A stretch of 64,000 nucleotides of DNA from the human T2T-CHM13v2.0 reference genome, Homo sapiens. The position numbers were made by a program, and so were the translations under genes. This document shows positions 1 to 12,084 of the stretch, one piece after another; the first letter of the stretch is position 1, and every line of letters starts with the position of its first letter. The stretch is taken from the NCBI RefSeq assembly GCF_009914755.1, contig NC_060927.1; one strand, given 5' to 3'. The notes beneath the pieces were generated by a model. That model was not told the DNA's origin and did no database searches. It worked only from the letters and a program-made list of their open reading frames with translations.

Positions 1-2120
1 TCAATATGAAATGAGTGTCCAGGTTAACCTAATGTTTTTATATCTTCATATACAGACAAGTTTTCTACTGCATAAGAATCTTTAGTTACATATTGTGGAT
101 TTAGTATGTATTAAGTTAAAGGAGACAGAACATGTTTTCCTAATTAACTTTCCCCAAAGTTTATTTCAGTCATGATGTTTAAATTTCAATTACATTGTTT
201 TATTTCCATAGATGAATGTTCAATCTATGTAGATGAATATGAATGCATAACATTATTTTAAATAGCTGGAAAAAATACACTGCAAAGCATCTGATGTGCA
301 ACCAATTTGAATAATGTATGACTAGAGTAATATTTCCCTGAAGAACTTAAAGCGAATACTGTTATGTTTAATAGGCTAAGGTTATTTCAAATAATTAACA
401 AAGAGGAATATTTTTATTGTCACTTTACTTTTCTCTAAATATTGAATACTTAAACAATCTGTACATATTCTAGAACTGTAATTAGTATATACGATACCAT
501 ATTGTTCTCAAAAATACACCAGGACACAAACTGAAAGCAAATCACATTATGCATATTTTAAAAGTTAAACAATATGTGAACTTCTTTATATTTTGATAAA
601 TATTAAGAATTATTTATAAAGTGTTTTTAAGGTTTTTTATTAGGTGAATAATGTTTTCTTTCCTTCAAAATATAAGGCTCACAACTATAGATTTGATGCT
701 TTAATTTTGAATACAAATATGGTGTCTACCAAAGTAAACTGATAATGAGAGTATAAAAACGATTTGCCCCTTGTTCCAGCCTCTGATTTTCCCACAGGTT
801 CATTTTCCCCTTTCCCTCGAGAAACACACCATTGCATTTTCTAAATCCTTAATGTGTAATGATCTTCCATTTTTAACCTGTTGCCAATTATCAGCCCCAC
901 AGAAGCTATCTGAACATGTGGTTAGTGCACAGATTAATGGCATTCCCCAACTGTTTTTCATTTCATCCAGCACTCAATCTAGGTTCCAAAAACAGAAACA
1001 GTCTTGCATTGAAATGCTCATAAATTGCTTATTAAGGTGCTAACATTACACCCTTACTGCTTCTTGACATTCCATAGGCTTTAGGAGCTATCAGCCATGG
1101 CAATTGCTTATTATACTTGCTCTCCATTTTCGGTCCATGGAATAGCTTCAGTGATACCTTTCTAATTGGTTTCAGCTCTTAAATATGTTGGCTTCACATC
1201 CCCTCCATCTGCTCCTCCTTTTTCATCCCTTCGTGTTTAGTTCTTGACCATTTAGTATTTATAATGTAAAAGTTTTCAATTTTAAAATTACCTAAATATT
1301 GCTGCAATCACTACAACTTTATCATTAAAATACAAAAAAAAAAAAAGTTTTCAACCAGTAAACCTGGCTATATTTTATATTTGTGTTCAAATAACTTTAT
1401 ACTTTAAACTAGAGTATTTCACAGTTACAACTCAACTCTTAAAATATTCAAATCTTAAATAAAAATTATAAACTTTCTCTGAATGCTATGCTTCTTAAGT
1501 ATGATGCTTATATATATAATAAACTTTAGTTTTAACCTTATTAAAATGATTATAAGTTTGAACTGATGAACATATTTTTAAATATAACAGCATTTTACAT
1601 TTTCATATATTACTTCTCAGTTGATATAAGTGTAACATTTTACCCCAAATAATTTCTTCTTGGTTATAAAGTACAAATGATGACATATTACAAATCATTA
1701 TTAGTTTATTCATTAACATGAAAGTAAGTTTATAAAAGAAAATTATATTAGCTCCTTCTAGTGTCAAAATAATACCTATCACCTTCTAATACTTTTCAGA
1801 AAGTGCAGGAATCCCCAGTATGTTTTAAGTTCTTACTGAACAGCAATAAAAAAATCTTAGAATATCAAAAACCATTTTTTCAACTCAACTACGACACAGA
1901 ATAGCTGACAGTTTGTTAAGCCTTTTACTGGATAAATGTATTGAAATGCATGCAGTCATGTCACCTAGCAAAGTGAACTAGACATGATTATACAGCTCAT
2001 TCTTCATTTGGTCTAGATGTTAAAATTTTGCAGCCTACAATTAAAATATATTGCATGTTTCCTGGCAAAACTTCTATAATCTTGTCCCACATTAATTGCT
2101 TATATTTCTAGTATATTTGG

Positions 2121-2438
2121 TTTTGTTTGTTTGTTTGTTTTTGAGACAGAGTCTCACTCTGTGGCCCAGGCTGGAGAGCAGTCGTGTGATCTTGGCTCAC
2201 TGCAACCTTCGCCTCCCCAGTTCAAGCAATTCTCATGCCTCAGCCACCATCCCTACCCCCCATCCAAGTAGCTGGGATCATAGGCATGCACCACCAACCT
2301 TGCTAATTTTTGTATTTTTTGTAGAAATGGGGTTTTGTCATCTTGTCCAAGCTGGTCTTGAACTCCTGGCCTCAAGTGATCCCCCTGCCTCAGCCTCCCA
2401 AAATGCTGGGATTACAGGAGTGAACCACCACGTCCAGC
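2121..2438 (-). mobile_element. Alu SINE (old AluS/AluJ type), full length, (TTTG)n tail
   Basis: Reverse-complement Alu dimer. Degenerate TSD agtatatt(t)ggt at 2110-2121 and 2440-2450. Extra ~17-nt C-rich insertion at 2246-2262. Confidence 0.95.
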
Positions 2439-4115
2439 AAGTATATTGGTCTTATTGAGATATATTATTTGTCTCATAGTGTCTGAATACTGATGATTAT
2501 CTCCCGGAAGTACAACTATATATTTCATTTATATTGCTCATTTTATAATATTTCAGTAAAAACATTTTGCTTTAATTAAAGATATGCCTTAGCCAAGGAT
2601 GCCCACAATTTTGTGAGATTTGAAAATTAATCAGGTAAAACCCCTTTCCTAAATAGGCTTGCAATCAATTTGACATACCATTCCATTGTATTTGTCAATG
2701 CACCTGCTTCATCTCTTGCATTCTGTTGCCCCCTCCTTTCTTCAGCACAGTGATAATTCTATAATGTCAAGTTACTTTGCACCAGTAATTTTTTCCCCAC
2801 AATTTTTGGATGTTTTCTACAGAATTGGACACCAATGCAACTATTTCTTTCTATATTGATACCATCTTCTCTGATTCTCCTATGATTTTTTTTTTACCTA
2901 AATATGGTCTCTTTCACTGTTGCTCTTTTCTGTTTCTTTGACCTTTAACTTAACATTAAAAAAAGTATCTAAAGGCTTGGAATATGATCAACATTTTTCT
3001 ACATCAAGCTCTGTTTATTTTACTGCTGTGATCAGCCATTTATATTTTTTTTCTTTTTTATTCTGGGCTTAGATAATTAAAAAAATGCCCTTTCTTGTAT
3101 TCTCGGTCATTCATTTTTTTACTTATTAATAGTTTTATTGATTCATTCGTTCAGTCACACATTCAAAATAATTGAACTATAGAAACATAAATTTCAAATA
3201 ATATAATAAAAACAGTGTGCATTCAAATTTTTTTGCTGAAATTTTCACTCCCAGATAATGGCCTTTATAACTTCAAATAGGTCTTGACTTTCTAAGATTT
3301 GACATAAAACCACACATTTATATATTTTATAACTTCTTTGGTCAATGAATCCTAGCAATTATGTATTTGATAAATCTTCTGGATTTCTCATTAAATCACA
3401 TATGAGTGTACAAAAATCAGCTATCTTGTTTCTCTTATTTCAGTCACTTCATTATTTAATTCACCCCAGCCCCAAGCATAGCTGCTAGAATTTTCTTTTT
3501 TTCAAATGCTATCAACTCCCCCACTCTTCTTTGAGTGCCTAAATTGATTTCCTCTCTGCCTGTCAAATACAAATTTCTCTTTAACTTAGACTCAAGATAA
3601 CTGTAGTATTCTTCCTTATGCCTATATAGTGTAAAGTTTCCCTAATTTAATTTATAGTACATTCACTTGGTAAGTGAAATTATCTACACTACACCAATGC
3701 ATATTTAATTCATTGTAGTTCTTTTCTAGATTCCAAACTTAAGGTGGATAGAACTCTGAAGATAAGGCTTGTAATGACTGGTTATTCTTCTACATATAAA
3801 ATAATGGCAAATCACAATATTGATTATTTAGTTTCTTTCTTTCTTTTTTTTTTTTTAACTATTTTCCAGTGAGAGCAGCGTCCACCGTTCCTTTCAGGAG
3901 AAGTAAATTTGTCAAATTGGTAGTGAAAAGACATGTGAATATTCAATATTTTGGTTTGACTGGTTTTGCTATGCTTTATTTTCTAAGTATGTCTTTGAAA
4001 ACCAGAAGAAAATAATCATGTGATCGGGTATGTGTGGAAGGTGAGGAGCGGATCAAGGAGATACTACATGAAGGTCACCAGAGCCAGGAAAGAGAACGTG
4101 AGAAAGGTGAGGTAT

Positions 4116-4133
4116 GAGCGCCATCTATGGCCA
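4116..4133 (-). promoter_or_regulatory. Candidate CTCF motif
   Basis: Minus strand reads TGGCCATAGATGGCGCTC. The core TAGATGGCGC matches the CTCF motif; the 5' part is imperfect. Confidence 0.35.
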
Positions 4134-4299
4134 GCATTAATGAGTTGCTTGTGAACGGAGCAACTCCAGTCTACGCCTATCCACTGAAATCAACAGGCAT
4201 TTCATCTATGCTGGTGAACAGTTTTTTAGGGTTCCTGTTGAATAAGGTCCTCCATGAGTAAGCACTCCACTTTTTACATCATCCCAGAGAAAGGTCAAA

Positions 4300-4460
4300 T
4301 TTTAGTCTGGACCGTTCTTCCTGAATGATCCTAAACAAGTTGCTAAACTTTTCTGTACCTTAGTTTCCTCAACTACAAACTAGCATTATAATGATAGAAA
4401 TATTTAGAGTTATTGTGAGAATCAATGTCACAATATATGTAAGGAGCTAAGAAGCATTTT
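4300..4460 (+). mobile_element. MIR SINE fragment
   Basis: MIR core-like caagttgctaaacttttctgtaccttagtttcctcaactacaaa...gttattgtgagaatcaatg...atgtaaggagctaagaa. Confidence 0.75.
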
Positions 4461-4779
4461 GATGAACAGTCTTCAGTAACTGAAGGTGATCCAAATTTGT
4501 TTTGATATTAATAACATCCTTAGATAAGAAGTTTTATCAACAATTAATTGTTTTTATGTGATTTCTGGTTCTTATGTTCTTCCAGATAACGAACAAACAG
4601 AATTTTTTTTAAAAAAATTGTCGTTGTGTGTTAGTTACTAATTATTTACCACTTCAAATCTTTAAGTCTTCCCTTTTATTCCAGAATTTAGCTACTTTTC
4701 TTTCAGGCGTAATTTGACAGAGCCTGGACACAGGCCCATGTCAGGTCAAACACTGCTTTCTTCTCTTATTCCACAGAAT

Positions 4780-5090
4780 GAAAAGACCATAGTAATCTGG
4801 TCAACACTCACATGCACAACTTAGAAATTTCAGGGTTCAATTATTGGCCACTGGGCAATAAAAAGGAATGGCTTCCTTTTCTCCTCTCTAAGATGTGAAT
4901 CTATGAAAAATATATTTCAGCAATGTCCCCAGAAATTATTGTGGGATCCAGTACTCATTGCGTCATCTACCCTATTGTTGGTGTTCCCACCTTTCCTGCT
5001 TTATGACCCTCCCATCCCCCTCTGCTTTGCTCTTCTGTTTCCTGATACCAACTCCCAAATAAATTATATTAGAATCTGAGCTAAGATGAG
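4780..5090 (+). mobile_element. Degenerate ERVL LTR (LTR16-like)
   Basis: 3'-end-like ctcccaaataaattat...gagctaaga and a pyrimidine-rich stretch; heavily diverged. Confidence 0.35.
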
Positions 5091-6636
5091 TTGCTAATTA
5101 TCTGCCTATGTAACTGAAATAATTTATCATGCAGATTCTAACATAATTTGTTCCTTACACTTGTTCAAAGATCCTTTGTAAGGGTTGTTTGTTTTGTTTC
5201 AGATACCGGTGTTTTACTTTCAGGCAAAATTTTTACATTCTTATAATTAGAGATTTTTTTTTTCAATGAACACTAGTAATGTTTTCAAACATATTTTGTG
5301 TGTATGTGTGATATTATGTTTAACCAACACATTCTTAGAAACAGAAAACCATCTCAAAATGGTTGTAATCTAACCAGGTAGCCAAGTCCAGGCCACAGCT
5401 ACATGACCTTAACAATACCTCCAGATGTGCCTCCGTTTCGTGCCAGTAGACAGATCTAAAAGGGAGCCAGCAGGGTGACACTGAGGAGTTAGCAACAGGC
5501 ACTGAAGCTTTGAATAGAGCATACATTCAGACTTTGGCATCTGGTTCCTACTTTTGCCAAATGTGCCTTGTTTGCATCCACAGCTGTTAAATGTGTTTGC
5601 TGAAAAGGGATAGACTAGGGAGAAGAAAGAGATGGGCGAGAGATATGCCAGCTTCTGTGGGAGGGAGTGTCACGCCAACATGCAATTTACTTACAGTTAA
5701 TTATTTGCTTTAGAAATCCCGTGTCATTTATTAGAATAACTGTGGTATATAGTGAACATGAACCTCATGCTAAAGCAGTCATCTTTATATTTTATTGTAA
5801 ATGAAGAATTTATACTTGTGTTCATCTAATTAACACCTAAAGAGCAATACATCTTCATTTCCATCAAATAATATAATCCGGCAGTGAAGACTGAATTACT
5901 AAAGACAGGCATTTATATATTTCTGTCATATTTTTATTTTTTAAAAATGACTTGGCCATTAGAATTAGGATTTTGTGAAGAATTTCACAGTTGAAAAAAC
6001 AGCTTTAGAGATTCAAAACCTTTTTCTAACCTAGAAAATAGACCTAGAAATTCTAAATATTTTCAGAATCGTAGTCTTCCTTCTAAAACTTATGACCCTC
6101 ATATTCCAAAAGTTGTTTCAAAAGGGGAGATGGGAAAAAAAAGTTTACTGTGTTTATGATAAACGGAGGACATCTTGCTGCTCTTGTGATAAAAAGAGGG
6201 GAAAAGGCGTCTCTTGTCAAGACTTTCTTCTTTCTTTGTGATTAAATAATTTCTTATGATCTTAAGGAAATTTCCCACACACTTGTGACAATAAAAATTA
6301 ATGACAAGGATCCTGATAATAAAAAGATAATTATTTTCCTTCTCCTATATAATTTTTATTTTTTTTTTTTAGAAATAACACATAACTGAGAAGTCTAAAA
6401 CTGGCTATTCATTTTCAGTATGTTCTAAAAAGATGATCAGTCCCATGGCTAATGCTTATTTTGAGTAACTGGGTTGATACTGACCATCTTTTCTAATTTA
6501 AAAAAAATTAGCCAAGTTTTGATTTGATATTTCCACTAGCTGTTGTTGAGGTCACTAGGCTGGCAGGCATATTGCCAGGCTTGCTATAGACAGTAGACCA
6601 TGTTTGCTGACTCCCTCACCATCTACCTCCTTTTTA

Positions 6637-6893
<257 letters not shown>

Positions 6894-7099
6894 AAGTGCA
6901 TGAATTTTGCCTGGCTATAGACTGCTGCGTGAATTGTCTTAATCATTTCTAATGATTTTATGGTTGTCTTTTAAAAATAATTTATTGAATAGTATGAAGG
7001 CAACCAGTAACAATCAGAATCAGACAAATATGAAAGGCCAGAAAAGCAAAAGTGGTATAAATTAAATTAAAAATAAAATTTCATGTATTAGCTTGAAGG

Positions 7100-7470
7100 C
7101 TTTCATTTGCAGTTAACAAAACCCGAAAGGCATAAACAATGTAAAATTGTACTAGTCATAGAAATGAAAAGTTGTAAGCTAGATTGAGCTTCAGGCCTCC
7201 AGTTCCCACTTTGAGAGGGTCTCTACCTCACTCTCATTTGCATTAGCTGTGCCGTGAATTCTTTTATGATGGCAATATACTGTCACCAGTAGCAACCCAC
7301 ATGCTTCTTCCTTTACACCTAAGAAAAAACAAAATAATTATTTTCCACAAGTGAGAAAATAAATCCTGAACTTTGATGTTATTGGATCAACCTGAACCAA
7401 CCTCTATTACCAGTGTAATGTCAGGAGATGGCTGGTTTAACTAATTAGCTCAACCTGGATTTCTGCTTGT
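7100..7470. mobile_element. Very old MaLR/ERVL LTR relic (MLT1J/K- or LTR33-like)
   Basis: Weak similarity only (attggatcaacctgaaccaa and flanks). Confidence 0.3.
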
Positions 7471-7929
7471 TCCACATCTAACCATCATGGTAATGGAAGT
7501 GTGATTATAACACGCTTAATAAATGTGCCAAACAGCATAATTACAACAGAATGATAAAAGGCTGCTTTTTCTGAAATTTGGTTGATACGAAGAAGGGAGG
7601 TGAATAATGGGTAAATAAGGATCTCCTCTTCCTAGCATTTCTAAAAACAAAAGCAAAAAGGGTGTGAGTTTTCAGACTTAACCTTTCTTTGTCTATAAAA
7701 TAGTTATTACTATTTTATACAAACAACTGAAAAATATGATGTACTTTGTGTGTATATTTCTAAATGTGTGGATGTTTGGGTTATTATAATTTATACTATG
7801 TGATTAGTCAAATGCAATAAATTCATTACTTGACTTTGTGTTAAAAATATGTAATAAAATATCAATTTAGGTAGCACTAAATTTCTAATAGCATTTCTCA
7901 TTACTCTATATCCAGGAGAAAATCAGAAA

Positions 7930-8060
7930 AAATATATATATATTAATATGCTGTACACATACATACATGCATACAATACACATATACATACAAAAACATA
8001 TATGTATATACATGTATATACGTATGTGTGCATACACACATAATACATACACATTCATGC
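7930..8060. repeat. (TA/CA)-rich low-complexity tract
   Basis: Reiterated atatatat, catacataca and tatgtatatac units. Confidence 0.8.
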
Positions 8061-10554
8061 ATATTTGCAAGTGCCAGGAGAGACAAAACAATACATTAAT
8101 TAATTTTTCAGTTATTTTCAGTGAGTGGTAGTCTATTATGCACAGAAAAAAATACACATGAAAGACTATAAATTTTGGAAATATTGTTATAACTGGGGCC
8201 CCTAGAATTGTTTGTTTTGCAGGTCTGGTGGTTAAGATTGTAAATCTGGGCATATAATATTAAGGACAGGGTTGGAGCTGTCGGATTTGAAGCATATAAA
8301 GTCTTAACTGCCACCGATAATGTCACCCCGAATTATTATTTCCATTTCAACACAGATTATAGGACAGGAAGACATAAATGGAAATTAAAAAATAAATTCA
8401 GCACATATTTCAGAAAGTACCTTTCCATGTGGAGAATAATAAATGCTTAGAAGAGCCTGCAGGCAAAGTTGTTGAGGCAAAAAACAGGAGTGTCATTCAA
8501 GAAACAATTAGATGCCATCCTTGGGGAAATGGAGTACTATAAAGGATATGCTTTGATGGACCAAGTGACCTTTATTCTCTCTCCAAAAATCTCTCGTGTT
8601 CTTATAATTCTAATCGTGAAATATTTCAGCAATCTGGCCTCCAGCAATGTGAATTCTTACTTGAATTATTCACCTCACCAGTTCACTGCTGAGGAAGAAC
8701 CTTTCTCATAGTGCTACAAAGATTGCATATTGACCAGATGTAATTCCCAATGCTGTTGCTCATAGGCATTTTATTCACAAGGATGCCTTAGGTCTGACAC
8801 TATAAAGTGATTGCTTATAGAAGAAGCCTCTTTTAAGCCCTATGTGATTGAAAAGTGGCCTACACTGGAGAAGAGAGGCTTAACTAACGTATTAATTATA
8901 GAAGGCATGAGGATTATTTAAGATATTTTAATGGCAAAAGTTATTTCAAATTGTAACTGGCCTTAGTAGAATGCAGCCTATATTGTTTATTTCTTACTTA
9001 GTATTGGATATGATAATGACTTATCTTTAGCTACTGACTTCATTTCAATAGAATGTTGTGAAAATAAAAGTAAAAAGAGATTGGTCATTTTACAGTTTAT
9101 TTAAAAACAAACAATTTCAATAATAGCACAATTTAGAAAACTAGAAATTGATACCGAATAAATGTAATGTATGAATTTTACTTGGTACATTTGAGTAAGC
9201 TGGGAAAATCAGCTATCTACGCTTTTCTGATTTTACATCGATTTAGCGGAACACAGAATTCTTGAGAACTCAGGGATTTTGTGACAACTACAGTCACCCT
9301 ATTATGTTCTTAAAGTGATATTCAGTGAAAGAAAAAAGAACATGTTTTTATCTGTCATCTAAATGGACTCCTAGAGTTCCTTCTGTGTATCACAAATTGG
9401 AACTCGGTGGTGAACTGAGTGCCGAGAGCATATTTTCAAAAGCTAACGGAAGGTCACATACATCGGAGAGTTCAGAGCACAAAAAAGCCCAGAGGCTTCA
9501 AAAATGCCAGGTGTATTTTAGTGTTAAAACAAATAAATATTGTATGAATTTTTGCCAAAGATAAAAGTCATACCAATTATGTTTAAAAATATAAATCTTC
9601 ATTATAATATGAATTACCTTCATAATAGATGAAATATGCTAAAGTATATAAATAATATGTTTATATACCTCTGTAACAAAACATTATACTAATAAAGTAA
9701 ATGATAAAGTTTACAAAATAGTTTATGGCAAAGATATAATAGGTGAAAATATTATGCTAAATAATATGGTCTGTGGACTATATCATTTAAGAGTTAAAAC
9801 AACTTTTTATTTATGGAAACATCACCCATCTAGAAAACAGATTTTTTTAACAGTGTTCAATGTGCAGAGAATAATCTTATGACATAAATTTAAAACAATG
9901 GAATAAAAATAAAATCAAGTAATTCTCAAACCATGCATAATGAAATGAGAACTTATGTAACAAAACAGCAGTTAAGTAATGTTTTGTAGTCCATAGTAAT
10001 TATATTAATTAACCAAGCATTTTAATAGTTTATGCATTTTTTAAAAATCTCACATAAGAAATATTTATAGAAGCATAAAATCTTATATAAGTATGAAATA
10101 CTTATTAAAATTAATCCACTAGCCTATATTATTGCTTTAGTCATCTACTTTAGCTTAAAAATGGGATTTGATCATTCTTTGATGGCTGGAAATTATTCAG
10201 AGGTCTTTTTTGTGAACAACGTACATGATCATTCTGGATAATCAATCTACTCTGTTCAATAATATTCTGTGATTATAATGTAGTGAGACCAATTCTGTAC
10301 TACCTCAGTGTAAAAATAAGTAACAATACTTCTTTAGACTGATACCTTTTGCTTCATACAGAATGTGATGTGTTGCCATGGTTAATTTACCAAATAAAAT
10401 TTTACTCAATTGGTAATCAATATTTCATTTTTTTAAACTTAGCCTCCTAATATCACTAAGTTCTCTAGGTGGTAGTATTATTCCAAAAGAATCTAAATGC
10501 CTACAGTAAATATTGAAGAAAACAACATCCTAATAAAGTAAAATCCGATTTATC

Positions 10555-10793
10555 ATTTTTTATCATGTCACAATGGAACAATTTCTATACATTTATTTTA
10601 CAAGTGCTCTCTTTTTTATATACTTTAAGTTTTAGGGTACACATGCACAACGTGCAGGTTTGTTACATATATATACATGTGCCATGTTGGTGTGCCGCAC
10701 CCATTAACTTGTCATTTAACATTAGGCATGTTTCCTAATGCTATCCCTCCCCCCTACCCCCAAACACCACATGTTCTCACTCGTAGGTGGGAA
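10555..10793 (-). mobile_element. Short 5'-truncated, 5'-inverted L1PA 3' end with probable 3' transduction
   Basis: L1PA 3'UTR antisense at 10612-10760 and an inverted segment caaacaccacatgttctcactcgtaggtgggaa at 10761-10793. Direct repeats aaatccgatttatc (10541-10554) and aaatctgatttatc (10792-10805) bracket the whole structure. Confidence 0.9.
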
Positions 10794-11339
10794 ATCTGAT
10801 TTATCTTATCTTACTCAAGGAGATTAACAAATATTATATATTTAAAAATGATTAACAACATTTTTAAATATAAGAAGGATAACATTAGGCCCAGAACTCT
10901 GAAACTTGAGGTTAAAATAAAAAAAAATCCCCAAGACATTGTTTTCGTCTTCATGTAAGTTGATAAGTGAAAGTTTTAGACAAGATAATTGATTCCAGAA
11001 ATAACAAAAATACTTGCCAGTCTTAAAAAGTGAACAGTGTGTTCTATTTCTTTTAAAGGAGTTCTAGGTAAATAGGAATAACAGATTACTACTGAGAAGA
11101 ATTAGAAAACCTGGCCAACTATAAATACTTTTTTTTGACAGCATGAGAGAAATTACAAAACAGTGAAGAACAACAGAGCCAATACCCAAGAGAAAAGAAA
11201 CGAGAGAAAAGAGCTTAGTATTTGAGGTCACTTATCCCCAGGAATGCTTCTATTTAAAATGTGGCTTCTACTTAAAATGGCCCAGGGACCCTCTGATAGT
11301 CTTTGAACTGTTCATACCAGTTAGTGACAAAGTAGGGGG

Positions 11340-11915
11340 ACAATGTGCAAAAAGAAAGATATCCAAATGGACCGTGAGCATATGAAAAGATGCCTGATTG
11401 TGTTAGTCTTCATACAAATATACATTGAAATAACAATCAGGAGCCCTCATATACTGCTGGTGGAATGTGAGTTAGTTATGCAGATTTTAGTAAACTTTTT
11501 ACAGTATCTTATAAAATTAATTTTATAAACATTGACACAACTGTACTCATTGGCATATGACTACCAGAAATAGGTGCACATTTGCTCTGAGACACTTATA
11601 TAATAATAATTACAGCATCATTATTTACAGTAGTATAAATATGAAACCCAAATGTTCATCAACAGTAGAATGTACAAATAAATGGTAAATTCATATAATA
11701 AATACTTTATGGCAACAAAATAACACATTAATGCACCTTAATAATAAGGATGAGTTTCATAGAGCAATAAATTGAGGAAACTAAGTAAAACTAAGTAGTG
11801 ATTGTATATTTCATTTATATAAAATAGAAACCTTGTCAAACTACTCTGTGGTATTAGAAGTCAGTGTAATGGTTCCCTTTTGTGAGGAGGGAGGGAATAG
11901 TGACTAGCAGTGGCC
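11340..11915 (+). mobile_element. Old L1ME-type 3' region
   Basis: gatatccaaatgg...catatgaaaagatgc; aaacccaaatgttcatcaacagtagaatg; ttagaagtcag...ggaatagtgact. Confidence 0.75.
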
Positions 11916-12000
11916 AGGCCTATAGCCTTAAAGAAATGAATTCCTCCAACCACATGATCCAATCGTTCCCTAGTTGAGACTTTAAATGAGAATGCAGTTT
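11916..12000 (+). mobile_element. MLT1 (MaLR LTR) internal fragment
   Basis: gcctatagccttaaagaaatgaattcctccaacc...gagactttaaatgagaatgcag. Confidence 0.5.
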
Positions 12001-12084
12001 TTGATTTAAAGTTGATGGTAAAGATATTATAGGTGAAAATATATTTAATGATTAAGTTTATTTTTTAATGTTATATTTTATAAA

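Noticed and set aside
2096-2458. 120-aa ORF, and similar ORFs at 6634, 20294, 25187, 25771, 36274-36661, 43262, 47168 and 61125
   Set aside because: Translations of Alu sequence (e.g. [18 protein letters not shown]), not genes.
4600-4620. T-run/A-run palindromes (also near 51040)
   Set aside because: Expected from homopolymer slippage in AT-rich DNA.
8480-8600. Possible CR1/L3 3'-end relic and overlapping 80-aa ORF
   Set aside because: Similarity is too weak to call by eye, and the ORF has no recognisable homology.
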